A stretch of 64,000 nt of DNA, from NCBI GenBank assembly GCA_947167635.1, contig CAMVIT010000006.1, positions 4,172 to 68,171 of the forward strand, in the 5' to 3' direction. Below the pieces are notes generated by a model. The model had not been told where the DNA came from and did not search any database. It saw only the letters and a list, made by a program, of their open reading frames with translations. This DNA is from an uncultured Bacteroidales bacterium (GTDB lineage Bacteria; Bacteroidota; Bacteroidia; Bacteroidales; WCHB1-69). Positions 29,463 through 37,770 of the stretch are shown here, one piece after another (the stretch's first letter is position 1; each line of letters opens with the position of its first letter). A program made the position numbers and the translations under genes.

Positions 29463-30258
29463 TTCTTTTTTATGGAATTATATATTTGATGGCACAAATC
29501 AGGGCGTTTGCATCCTTTTTTTTATTTGGGCGTGCCGGCGCGGTGGCGCGGAATCACGTTGCATTCGCATACACCATAAAATGCCGCCGCGCCGTCGGGC
29601 TTTCCACTGCAATGATTTTGGCTTAAAGCCCACCAGCATTCCGCGAGACGCGAAGCGTCAAGCGGAACCTCCGTCTCGCCAGGGAACGCATTCCCACCAA
29701 AATCATTTTCGTTTCAATCCCTCACGCAGGCTCGTCGAACCCTTCATCCGTTTCGCGGCGAGCAACGCACACCCTCGTCTCAACCTTCTTCCGCGCCGCG
29801 ATTGTCATCATGCGCACGCACCCATACCAGGGGTTGCAGCGCTCGTTCCTCACGCTTTAACCCCTGGCTACCGAGCTCTTGCCCCTAAAGGGGCTGCTCA
29901 ATGAAATACATCAACTATTATTTCTACCGAGCTTTTGCCCCTACCGGGGCCGCTCAAGGAAAACTCTTAATTATAATTATTGCCTCTATTGTCCCGGAGG
30001 GACATCCTCTCAATAACCCCACACAAGCGACGAAGGAGCGCAATGTGGGGATGGATGACGGTACCGACACCCTCTCAATAACCCCACACAAGCGACGAAG
30101 GAGCGCAGTGGGGAGGAACGACGGCACCGACACCCTCTCGCGGCGCAGGAGTCATTGCTTAAGATGCCTGAAACTTGCTCGCCGCGAAAGGGAGGCGTTG
30201 GAAAAAAAGCGTTGCTTGGAAAACTGTTACTATCGGCCTTGTGCCATCATGTATATAA
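29463..30258. repeat. copy B of the GC-rich structured repeat; MITE-like, with 20-bp terminal inverted repeats and internal tandem units
   Basis: The left end ttatatatttgatggcacaa (29478-29497) matches the reverse complement of ttgtgccatcatgtatataa (30239-30258) at 18 of 20 positions. An internal 15-nt inverted repeat pairs tttcgcggcgagcaa (about 29751-29765) with ttgctcgccgcgaaa (about 30175-30189). The left ~540 bp are homologous to 16695-17110. Confidence 0.8.
30001..30140. repeat. 2.2 copies of a 63-65 bp tandem unit inside repeat copy B
   Basis: Units start at 30001, 30066 and 30129: gaca(t/c)cctctcaataaccccacacaagcgacgaaggagcgca... Each full unit carries a ccccaca...tgtgggg hairpin. 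Confidence 0.85.
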
Positions 30259-30377
30259 GTACCCCTTCTGATCAGAAGAGGAGTTTGCGCCTCCCGGCAC
30301 TGCCGTGCCACGGGTAAAAAAACGATGGAGAAAACAAGCTCTTTTGTTTTTTGGGGTCAACTACTATATCATTGCCT

Positions 30378-30516
30378 GAAATATTCTGAAATCTTCCATA
30401 TCAGTTGGATATTTTGTGGTGCAAAATTACGAAAAATTCCAAAATCTCACAAATTTTTACACTGATTTATTCCAAAATCTCATAATTTATTTTCGCGAAA
30501 TATTCCAAATCCTCAT
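30378..30516. repeat. four iteron-like direct repeats, consensus GAAAtATTCCAAAATCTCAy
   Basis: Copies at 30378-30397, 30431-30450, 30464-30483 and 30497-30516. The last three are spaced exactly 33 bp apart, in an AT-rich noncoding stretch. Confidence 0.7.
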
Positions 30517-30526
30517 ATTTACATTA

Positions 30527-30613
30527 TCAGCCTCTTGCCCGTTGAAAAAGTACCGATACCCCCCCCATAGCGGGAAGAGGGAATTTTGGCGGGTATGTGG
30601 GGGATGGAATCAT
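30527..30613 (-). pseudogene. third copy of the Rhs orphan 'handle' (MIPSPTYPPKFPLPAM...), frameshifted and lacking a toxin domain
   Basis: Positions 30522-30630 align with 32405-32512. The G-tract after the second ATG has 8 G instead of 6, which shifts MGGYRYFFNGQEADN out of frame to a TGA at 30527-30529. Confidence 0.7.
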
Positions 30614-30649
30614 GGCGCGAAGATAGGATTTTTTCGGGAATTCAGAAAT

Positions 30650-31135
30650 TTAGTGCGATTTTCCTACAACATAAAAACAATTGAATTTTTTCACTTGATA
30701 TTCTCCTCGGCTTTTCTTCATCTCCAGGACGACAATGCTATGATCGTGTTCAGACCCTTCAGGATTGTTTGAAATCAAACCTTCGATTTCACAGACGAAC
30801 CTGTTATTTTTTTGAGCAAGAGAAATGTTCCAAACTTGCGTGATCTTTTCTTGATCTTGAAGGAATTTCGTGTCTGACAAAACAAAAGTGACTGTCTTGC
30901 CTTGAATAGTATAAGATTTGCACCAAGGCGTATCGCAAAATCCGGCTTGTGAGATGTATATGGAGTCTGTCAACCCATAATACAGATGCTTATAATACAT
31001 TTTGTCAGACAATAACACTTGCAAAACGTCCTCGCAAGAGCAAGACTTGCCCAATTGATTATACGACGATTGACCCTCAGACATTGTGGGCGACAATATG
31101 AGTGCTGTGACAAAAAACATTATCGTTATTCGCAT
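30650..31135 (-). CDS. small secreted protein, candidate (orphan) immunity protein
   Basis: 161 aa with a signal peptide. AT-rich codon usage like the cassette array. Lies directly downstream of the preceding immunity-like gene. Confidence 0.55.
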   Translation of the reverse strand: MRITIMFFVTALILSPTMSEGQSSYNQLGKSCSCEDVLQVLLSDKMYYKHLYYGLTDSIYISQAGFCDTPWCKSYTIQGKTVTFVLSDTKFLQDQEKITQVWNISLAQKNNRFVCEIEGLISNNPEGSEHDHSIVVLEMKKSRGEYQVKKFNCFYVVGKSH

Positions 31136-31146
31136 GATTCATTTTT

Positions 31147-31617
31147 TTACGTTATGCTGCCTCCGCAGACTTGCCAACGCCCGCGCTTTCTGACGGCTCG
31201 AATTGTGGCCTGATTTTCCGTATCTCTTCCGATGCTCAGTCGTACCTTGTTGCGTCCTTCCCAACCGAATCCCAGTATTTCCAATACAAGGTTAAGCTTC
31301 CTGCCTGAGACAAAGGTTGGCGGTGCTATTTCCCTTGATACAAACACAATCGTTTTCTCGTCCTCCCCGTGATGGGTGATGGTTACATTTTCAGTGAAAT
31401 GGTTTGTGATAATGTATATGGTGTCGAATTGTGACAATCGAAAGTACCATTCAACCATTGAATCTGTAAAAAAAGTCATGATTAGGGCGGAATCCACTTC
31501 AGGATGCTCGGCGCATAAGGAGTAGTTCTCTTCAAAGAACGCTTCACACGATGGTAGGGCTTCAGCGGAGAAGATGCTCATTAATGTAACAACAACGATA
31601 CTCAGTAATGTTTTCAT
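31147..31617 (-). CDS. small secreted protein, candidate immunity protein for the HExxH toxin
   Basis: 156 aa with a signal peptide. Its start overlaps the stop of 31614-32495 by 4 nt (ATGA coupling). Confidence 0.6.
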   Translation of the reverse strand: MKTLLSIVVVTLMSIFSAEALPSCEAFFEENYSLCAEHPEVDSALIMTFFTDSMVEWYFRLSQFDTIYIITNHFTENVTITHHGEDEKTIVFVSREIAPPTFVSGRKLNLVLEILGFGWEGRNKVRLSIGRDTENQATIRAVRKRGRWQVCGGSIT

Positions 31618-32495
31618 GGTTTCGGTACGGTGGGAAGATCTTTTCTTCCTTCTTCTGTTTTTGACTTCTCTTTTACAACCTCCATTGCATCCTGCAAATT
31701 ATCAATGGTTCTACTCCAAAATTCCTCCATATTGCTAACTCCTTCATAGAAATAGACATCTGATTCAAAAACCTGCCCCCTATCATCATATAGTGATTTT
31801 AACATAGGATACCCCTCATAATTATAACCATCTTTGAAGTATGCGTCCTGGTTGTCTTCGTCATATCCACCGTGCTTAAAATCACCATAGTGAACTGTTT
31901 CGTGCAACAAAGTACTAATCACATACAAAAGCGCTGCTTGGCGCAAATCTTCATCTACTGTGTTGAGAATATCAATGATTTTCTGATTTATGTAGATAAT
32001 GTTTGGACGTTCTTTAGGGAACACGCCATCAGCATTCTGGATAGCACTACCATCAACTATGTGTATTTCCGGCCCTTTTCCAGGTGTCAGGAGTTCCTCT
32101 ATTTCCGCCACTGTCAATTCTCCATACAATTGTAATCCGCGCATAATGTTTGTACTGTTGAGAACATCTTTTTTTATATACGAATTAAGATATTTCGCAA
32201 ATATAGCCGATTTCCGAGCTTCATTTTCAGGCAACTTGTAGCGACCATACTTGTCCAAATATAATATCGGATTTCCTCCACAAAACAAAAATGGACTTTC
32301 CCCAGGAAACTTTGACACTTCCGGATCCACTCCCCACCACCGACCCAGTCTCGTGTCGTACTGCCGGAATTCGTACCCTGCCAAGACCCCATCCCCAAGC
32401 ACCTCATTGTCAGCCTCCTGCCCGTTGAAGAAGTACCGGTAACCCCCCATAGCGGGAAGAGGGAATTTTGGCGGGTATGTGGTTGAAAAAATCAT
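31614..32495 (-). CDS. orphan Rhs C-terminal cassette: core-end handle plus HExxH metallopeptidase-like toxin domain
   Basis: N-terminus MIFSTTYPPKFPLPAMGGYRYFFNGQEADNEVLG...GRWWGVDP...GGNPILYLDKYG looks like the end of an Rhs core. The unrelated C-terminus carries LLHETVHYGD. Confidence 0.7.
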   Translation of the reverse strand: MIFSTTYPPKFPLPAMGGYRYFFNGQEADNEVLGDGVLAGYEFRQYDTRLGRWWGVDPEVSKFPGESPFLFCGGNPILYLDKYGRYKLPENEARKSAIFAKYLNSYIKKDVLNSTNIMRGLQLYGELTVAEIEELLTPGKGPEIHIVDGSAIQNADGVFPKERPNIIYINQKIIDILNTVDEDLRQAALLYVISTLLHETVHYGDFKHGGYDEDNQDAYFKDGYNYEGYPMLKSLYDDRGQVFESDVYFYEGVSNMEEFWSRTIDNLQDAMEVVKEKSKTEEGRKDLPTVPKP

Positions 32496-32512
32496 GGTGC
32501 GAAGATAGGATT
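32397..32512. repeat. Rhs 'handle' repeat, copy 2
   Basis: About 57 nt are near-identical to 33826-33884 and about 108 nt align to 30522-30630 with a scattering of substitutions. This includes 17 nt upstream of the cassette ATG. Confidence 0.85.
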
Positions 32513-32516
32513 AACA

Positions 32517-32876
32517 TTATTTGACACGAATATATTCCTCGGCTCGTTGTCTTCTATCCAACAAAAGCAAGGAGTCACCCTCCAACACAAATTCTTGAAC
32601 TATTAGGTCTGACCACCATATAAAAAAGGTTTCACCATTGTCATTTTTTATAACGCTAAACAACTCTCCATGCGTGTCTTGCCAAACTTCATGATCTGTT
32701 CCATACAAAAAATACGCATTACTGTCCACTATTGCTAAAGCATTCCCTTCGGTTTGCCTCCACACACCTTGCAAATTCTCATGCAATTCTTCTGTATTGC
32801 AATCTATCCTGATTTGAGCTAAAGAGTCAAATACCAAAATCCATGTCAATATTGATGTAAAGATGTATCTTTTCAT
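32517..32876 (-). CDS. small secreted protein, candidate immunity protein for the GH19-like toxin
   Basis: 119 aa with a signal peptide. 4-nt start/stop overlap with 32873-34561. Confidence 0.6.
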   Translation of the reverse strand: MKRYIFTSILTWILVFDSLAQIRIDCNTEELHENLQGVWRQTEGNALAIVDSNAYFLYGTDHEVWQDTHGELFSVIKNDNGETFFIWWSDLIVQEFVLEGDSLLLLDRRQRAEEYIRVK

Positions 32877-34561
32877 TTTAATATGCTTTTCAGTTGTTCA
32901 TATTTACTTTTACGGTCTTCTAGTCCATTATATCCTCCATTAATGATTTTCGTCACTTCTCTGACACTTGCATTATTAACGTCAATTTTATCAACAACGT
33001 GTTTTTTGAAAAACCACATCGCACTTAGCACCATATATTGGTCTGTTTTAACAAGTTCTGGCGATTTGACAAAATCGTCTGTGTTATTGGTAAAAGTGGA
33101 GTTTATGTATTCTGTAAAGCCACGATATGCAGATTTGCCAGTCAACTGAAGCAATCCTCTACCTCTGTACAAATATCCTTCTTTTGCTCCGTTATCCATT
33201 CGGTTACCATAAACTATATTGGCGATTTCTTCCTCTTTGGCTGATTGGCCTGTTGTTCGGCCATATAAAGCGGCATCTTTTTTGCCTTCAACTGGAGTCC
33301 CCACATAAAAATATTTACTGAATGTTGAGACCAATCCGGCAACACTATAGTTGAAACTTTCTTCCACTTTTGTAAACCCTTGACTTTCATGTCCTACTTG
33401 GGATAAAAAATGACATATACTTTCATATGAATCTAATCCGAATGATGAACCATGTAGATTAATGGCGATTTCCACATTCTTGAGATATCTTGGATTAGCT
33501 CTTGTGAAAATAGACTTCATCGTTTCGTAGACAACGGCTACTTCAGCCTTATTCCATATGCTATTGTTCCATATCCAAGCTTGATTTTCCGTATTAGGGA
33601 GAGGATTATTGTTTTCGTCCAATATAGGAGCATGAGCCCCTTGGCCATTATAACTTCCATTGTAGTTAGGTTCCAATCCCTCCAACTCCCGGTACCATGT
33701 TGGCATAAGCCCTGCGAACTGATAAGTGGACCACCACGGGAACTTCCCTGCCAAGGGGTCCACGCTCCAGAACCGCCCGATGCGGGTGTCGTGCATACGG
33801 TACTCGAAGGCGTGCAGAGCCCCCTCTCCAAGCACCTCATTGTCAGCCTCCTGCCCGTTGAAGAAGTACCGATATCCCCCCATAGTAAAACTTCGGCCCG
33901 GCATAGGGAAGCCGAAGGGGTAGTAATCGGTGTAGGTGACAGCGAATGGGATGAACTGCCACTGACCATAACTGTCTTGCACAAGGTGCTTTCGGTCTTG
34001 TGCTGTGTAGGTCACATTGCCCAAATGATCCGTAAATTCATAAACACGAGCCCCAATCGTGTTGGAATCCTGCAGCCAAGTGCTGTTTGCCGTTATCCAG
34101 ACCTGCTGCTCCAACACACCCAGACGCTTGCTGCCATACAGATACCGCTCTGTGGCTCTCAAGGTGTCTCCATTCTGCCGATAAATGCACATCACATTGC
34201 CTGTGGCATCGTGAATGTAGAAAGTCACTCCCGAGGAATCGGTCTTCACCTGTCGCTGGCCAGTCGGGCTGTAACGGAATGATGACAATGTATTACCATT
34301 CCTGCGAATGGTATCCACTTTGCCAAATGCGTTCCAACTTACCGTCAGATCCTCCGCATTGTCGTGCACTAAGTTACCCAGTGCATCGTACTTGTAGGCA
34401 CTAGATGTAATACCGGTGGAAGATATGCTCCCCAAGCGATTGTTGCCATTCGGGTATGTATATCGGATATTATGCATCTCCTGACCACAATGGTTTTTAC
34501 GCTGCAAAGATAGCAAATTTCCGTTCCAATCATAGATGTACCAGCTCCAAAAAGTGGACAC
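32873..34561 (-). CDS. N-terminally truncated Rhs/YD-repeat core fragment with a GH19 chitinase/lysozyme-like C-terminal toxin domain
   Basis: YD-type repeats (YKYDALGNL, FRYSPTGQR, YLYGSKRLG), core end YPFGFPMPGRSFTMGGYRYFFNGQEADNEVLG...GRFWSVDP, then HFLSQVGHESQGF...YRGRGLLQLTGKSAYRGF. Only 562 aa, so the large N-terminal Rhs shell is missing. Confidence 0.75.
   Translation of the reverse strand: MSTFWSWYIYDWNGNLLSLQRKNHCGQEMHNIRYTYPNGNNRLGSISSTGITSSAYKYDALGNLVHDNAEDLTVSWNAFGKVDTIRRNGNTLSSFRYSPTGQRQVKTDSSGVTFYIHDATGNVMCIYRQNGDTLRATERYLYGSKRLGVLEQQVWITANSTWLQDSNTIGARVYEFTDHLGNVTYTAQDRKHLVQDSYGQWQFIPFAVTYTDYYPFGFPMPGRSFTMGGYRYFFNGQEADNEVLGEGALHAFEYRMHDTRIGRFWSVDPLAGKFPWWSTYQFAGLMPTWYRELEGLEPNYNGSYNGQGAHAPILDENNNPLPNTENQAWIWNNSIWNKAEVAVVYETMKSIFTRANPRYLKNVEIAINLHGSSFGLDSYESICHFLSQVGHESQGFTKVEESFNYSVAGLVSTFSKYFYVGTPVEGKKDAALYGRTTGQSAKEEEIANIVYGNRMDNGAKEGYLYRGRGLLQLTGKSAYRGFTEYINSTFTNNTDDFVKSPELVKTDQYMVLSAMWFFKKHVVDKIDVNNASVREVTKIINGGYNGLEDRKSKYEQLKSILK
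33826..33884. repeat. Rhs 'handle' repeat, copy 1 (inside the core fragment)
   Basis: caagcacctcattgtcagcctcctgcccgttgaagaagtaccg...ccccccatag is shared with 32397-32461. Confidence 0.85.
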
Positions 34562-34653
34562 GAAAAATATTACTTGTGATTAATGATTTTCAAAAGTGGA
34601 CATAGCCGTTTTTTGCATCTCAGGACGTGGTTTGCTACCAATCACTATTTTTT

Positions 34654-34661
34654 GTACTTTT
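34654..34661 (+). promoter_or_regulatory. -7 box (TACTTTTG) for the DUF4301 gene
   Basis: aatcactattttttgTACTTTTGCtgc lies 18 nt upstream of the ATG at 34679. It is nearly the same module as at 17150-17178. Confidence 0.5.
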
Positions 34662-34678
34662 GCTGCTTCAAAAATATC

Positions 34679-36172
34679 ATGGCTATGACAGAATTCACCC
34701 CTCAGGATTTAGATTTCATGCGGCATCGCGGCAGCGACCCCGCCATTGTTGAACATCAACTCGAATGCTTTTGCAAGGGCTTCGACTTTGCCAATCTCGA
34801 CCGCGCCGCAACCCTCGACGACGGCATCCTGCGCCTCGACTCCGATGTCGTGGAAGAGCTCTGCGAGGATTATCCCCATTTGTTGGCGGGCAAGAAGGTC
34901 CTCAAGTTCGTGCCCGCATCCGGCGCCGCTTCCCGCATGTTCAAGGAGCTATTCTCCTATCTGTCCGACGATGCGCCCGCGACACAGCAAAAGGCGCTCG
35001 ACTTCTTGGATAAACTGCCCAAATTCCCCTTCTACGAGGCACTTTCCGATGCACTTGCCAAGGATGGCCACGACATGGCCGCTGAAATCCAGGCTCGCAA
35101 CTACAAGCTCATCATCCGCTATCTGCTTGAGCCGGAAGGCCTCAATTACGGCAACCAGCCCAAGGGACTCCTGCTTTTCCATCGCTATCCCGACAAGATC
35201 CGCACGGCTGTGGAGGAACATCTTGTGGAGGCGGCCCTCTATGCCTGCAATGACGGGGAATGCCATCTGCATTTCACAGTATCACCGCAACATCAGGCAG
35301 GTTTTGAAGCCCTGTTGGCCAAGATGGTCCCCCTCTATGAGCAACAATATGGCGTGAAGTATCATATCGACTTCTCCATCCAAGACCCTGCCACCGACAC
35401 CGTGGCAGCCGAACTCGACAATTCTCCCTTCCGTGATGAGAACGGAAACCTGCTCTTCCGTCCCGCCGGTCACGGCGCGCTCATCCACAACATGGACAAG
35501 CTGGATGCCGACTTGGTTTTTGTCAAGAATATCGACAATGTCATCACCGAGGAGCGCGTGGGACCCACTGTGCGCTACAAGAAAGCCCTCGCCGCGCATC
35601 TGCTCCAGCTGCAGGCCCGCACCTTCCAGTACCTCCGACTCCTTGAGGCTGGAGAGGTGGACGACATGATGCTCTGCGAAATCCTCGACTTCGCTGAAAC
35701 GGATCTGATGATTTCCCTTGGAGAGGATGTGACTCGCGAGATGCTGTACGAGAAGCTCAATCGCCCCATCCGCCTTTGCGGTATGGTCAAAAACGAGGGC
35801 GAACCCGGCGGCGGCCCGTTCTGGGTGACCAACGCCGAGGGCGAAACCTCTCTCCAAATTGTTGAATCCTCCCAGATCGACAAGAAAAACCCGGCACAGA
35901 TGGACATCATGACCCACGCCACCCATTTCAACCCCGTGGATATGGTATGCGGACTCAAGGACTACAATGGCCACCGCTTCGACCTCGCCCGCTATGTGGA
36001 CCCAGACACAGGCTTCATCTCCTCCAAGTCGTATGGCGACCGCACCCTTAAGGCTCTGGAACTTCCCGGACTCTGGAACGGTGCCATGAGCCGCTGGATC
36101 ACCATCTTTGTGGAAGTGCCCATCGAGACCTTTAACCCTGTCAAGACAGTGTTCGATTTGTTGAGAAGATAG
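34679..36172 (+). CDS. DUF4301-family protein (nucleotidyltransferase-like)
   Basis: Starts MAMTEFTPQDLDFMRHRGS. KFVPASGAASRMFK motif. The family call is from memory. Confidence 0.75.
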   Translation: MAMTEFTPQDLDFMRHRGSDPAIVEHQLECFCKGFDFANLDRAATLDDGILRLDSDVVEELCEDYPHLLAGKKVLKFVPASGAASRMFKELFSYLSDDAPATQQKALDFLDKLPKFPFYEALSDALAKDGHDMAAEIQARNYKLIIRYLLEPEGLNYGNQPKGLLLFHRYPDKIRTAVEEHLVEAALYACNDGECHLHFTVSPQHQAGFEALLAKMVPLYEQQYGVKYHIDFSIQDPATDTVAAELDNSPFRDENGNLLFRPAGHGALIHNMDKLDADLVFVKNIDNVITEERVGPTVRYKKALAAHLLQLQARTFQYLRLLEAGEVDDMMLCEILDFAETDLMISLGEDVTREMLYEKLNRPIRLCGMVKNEGEPGGGPFWVTNAEGETSLQIVESSQIDKKNPAQMDIMTHATHFNPVDMVCGLKDYNGHRFDLARYVDPDTGFISSKSYGDRTLKALELPGLWNGAMSRWITIFVEVPIETFNPVKTVFDLLRR

Positions 36173-36266
36173 TTGTCGGTGATTGGCGGTTGGGTTCCTT
36201 CTGTGGTTGCACCAGCCCTTCCGGCACGGACAAATCGACACGCGGACCCTGTCCACGACTCCGCAC

Positions 36267-36971
36267 TCAAATGAACTTTACTACGTCCTTCATCCCTTCC
36301 ATCTCTTCGAAGTTGATGAGGACGTTTTCTTTTAGGAAATCGTTGAAGGGTTTCATGATTTGGAACTTTTCGGCGATTTCTTCAATGGTTGAATTCAGGA
36401 ACTGTTTTGGAGTCAGAGATGTGCTGCAGGTGTAGTCCTTGCAAAGGATGTATTCGGGGTGGGGGAAATCTTTGGGCATGCCGTTGGGAATGCGCTTGAA
36501 GTGATCCAAGCCAATGACGGGGCAGAGGGCTTTGAACTCGGGGTTTTCCACAAGGTTGCCGTAGAGGTCGGCCTGATCGACAATGGCTTGCCGCAGGGCG
36601 CGCATCTCCTTTGCCGGCAGCCACCATACGCCACTGGCCAGCATGACTTGCTGCGGCTCGATTTGTATGTAATAGCCGCCATAGTACGCCTTCTTGCCGT
36701 GCTCATTGATGTAGGCGCCAAAATGACCTTTATAGGGAGTCTTGTCTTGTGTGAAACGCAGGTCTCTGTAGATGCGGTAAGTACAGTCTTTGGGCGTGAG
36801 ATAGGCGATGGCGGGTTCGAACTTGGCCATCTCGGCAATCAGCCGCTCGAGAAAGTCGTTGAACATGGCCCAGGCCTCGTCATAAGCCGATTTGTTGGCT
36901 TTGAACCATTCGCGGTCGTTGTGCGTCACAAGGCCGGTCAAAAAGCTGAATATTTGTGCGGTCTCTCTCAT
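36267..36971 (-). CDS. DUF2461 (TIGR02453) family protein
   Basis: FLTGLVTHNDREWFKANKSAYDE N-terminus, 234 aa. 4-nt overlap with tlyA. Confidence 0.75.
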   Translation of the reverse strand: MRETAQIFSFLTGLVTHNDREWFKANKSAYDEAWAMFNDFLERLIAEMAKFEPAIAYLTPKDCTYRIYRDLRFTQDKTPYKGHFGAYINEHGKKAYYGGYYIQIEPQQVMLASGVWWLPAKEMRALRQAIVDQADLYGNLVENPEFKALCPVIGLDHFKRIPNGMPKDFPHPEYILCKDYTCSTSLTPKQFLNSTIEEIAEKFQIMKPFNDFLKENVLINFEEMEGMKDVVKFI

Positions 36972-37765
36972 TTGATTTGGTTCTTGACCTCTTTGACTTC
37001 GTCGCAGAGTTTGTTCAGGTCGAGGCGGAAGGAGTCGGCTTGCTGGCTGAAAAGGGACAGGAACTCCACGTTCTTATGAATTTCGAAGAGTGTGGAAACG
37101 GCGATGCCGTGCAGGTGGAACCCTTGGTTGAGGGCCTCTTCCACCACCTTGCTGATGGCGACTTTATATCCTTTCTCGTTGTTGACGATGCCGCCGCGAC
37201 TTAAAAAAGAGGGACCAGCCTCGAATTGCGGCTTGATGAGCAGCATCATCAGCCCGTCGGGTTTCAGAAACTGGGCACAATAGGGCAGAATGTAGGTGAG
37301 TGAAATGAAGGAGACATCGGAGACGATGAAGTCAAACTGCCTGCCTTGTATCTCTTCGGACGTGAGGTTGCGGAAGTCCTTGTTTTCCAAGGAGGTGACA
37401 CGATCGTCGTGCCGCAGGCTGTCGGCCAACTGTTGTGTGCCCACATCCACGGCCACGACATGCGCGGCGCCGTGCTGCAAGGCACAGTCGGTGAAGCCCC
37501 CCGTGGAACTCCCGATGTCGAGCACCCATTTGTCGCGGAAATCCAACCCGAAGGTCTGGATGGCCTTTTCCAGCTTCAGCCCTCCCATGCTGACGTATTT
37601 GTTGAAGATGTCGATGACCTCCACATACATGTTGTCGTTAACCTCTTGCGAGGCTTTCGTGGCGATGCGCCCGTCGATCATGACGGTGTTTTGCCGGATG
37701 GCGGTCTGCGCTTTTTCACGGGAGGTGAAGAGCTGTTTTTCCACAAGATATTTGTCAAGGCGCAT
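36968..37765 (-). CDS. tlyA: TlyA-family rRNA 2'-O-methyltransferase
   Basis: S4-like MRLDKYLVEK...IDG, FtsJ-like VLDIGSSTGGFTDC and FIVSDVSFISL. Confidence 0.88.
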   Translation of the reverse strand: MRLDKYLVEKQLFTSREKAQTAIRQNTVMIDGRIATKASQEVNDNMYVEVIDIFNKYVSMGGLKLEKAIQTFGLDFRDKWVLDIGSSTGGFTDCALQHGAAHVVAVDVGTQQLADSLRHDDRVTSLENKDFRNLTSEEIQGRQFDFIVSDVSFISLTYILPYCAQFLKPDGLMMLLIKPQFEAGPSFLSRGGIVNNEKGYKVAISKVVEEALNQGFHLHGIAVSTLFEIHKNVEFLSLFSQQADSFRLDLNKLCDEVKEVKNQIK

Positions 37766-37770
37766 AGTAA

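Noticed and set aside
29440-30317. ORFs 29440-29904 and 29901-30317 (and 16958-17185, 16439-16885) across the GC-rich repeats.
   Set aside because: The peptides are Pro/Arg/Ala-rich junk. The reading frame is not conserved between the two repeat copies. The DNA is dominated by hairpins and tandem units, so I treated it as noncoding repeat.
30001-30516. Possible CRISPR array, suggested by the tandem 63-bp units and the 20-nt direct repeats.
   Set aside because: The 63-bp units are contiguous with no spacers. The 20-nt repeats number only four, are degenerate, and have about 13-nt 'spacers'. No cas genes occur in the window.
30416-30772. 118-aa plus-strand ORF with a periodic FQNL motif.
   Set aside because: Its periodicity simply mirrors the iteron-like DNA repeats. 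Its 3' half is antisense to the Rhs handle remnant and to the 30650-31135 gene.
29221-34680. Classic tRNA-integrated genomic island (an integrase plus a direct repeat of the tRNA 3' end).
   Set aside because: No integrase gene is present. I could not find a copy of the tRNA-Arg or tRNA-Pro 3' end near the right-hand boundary (34560-34680). Only the compositional shift and mobile-like repeats support an island.
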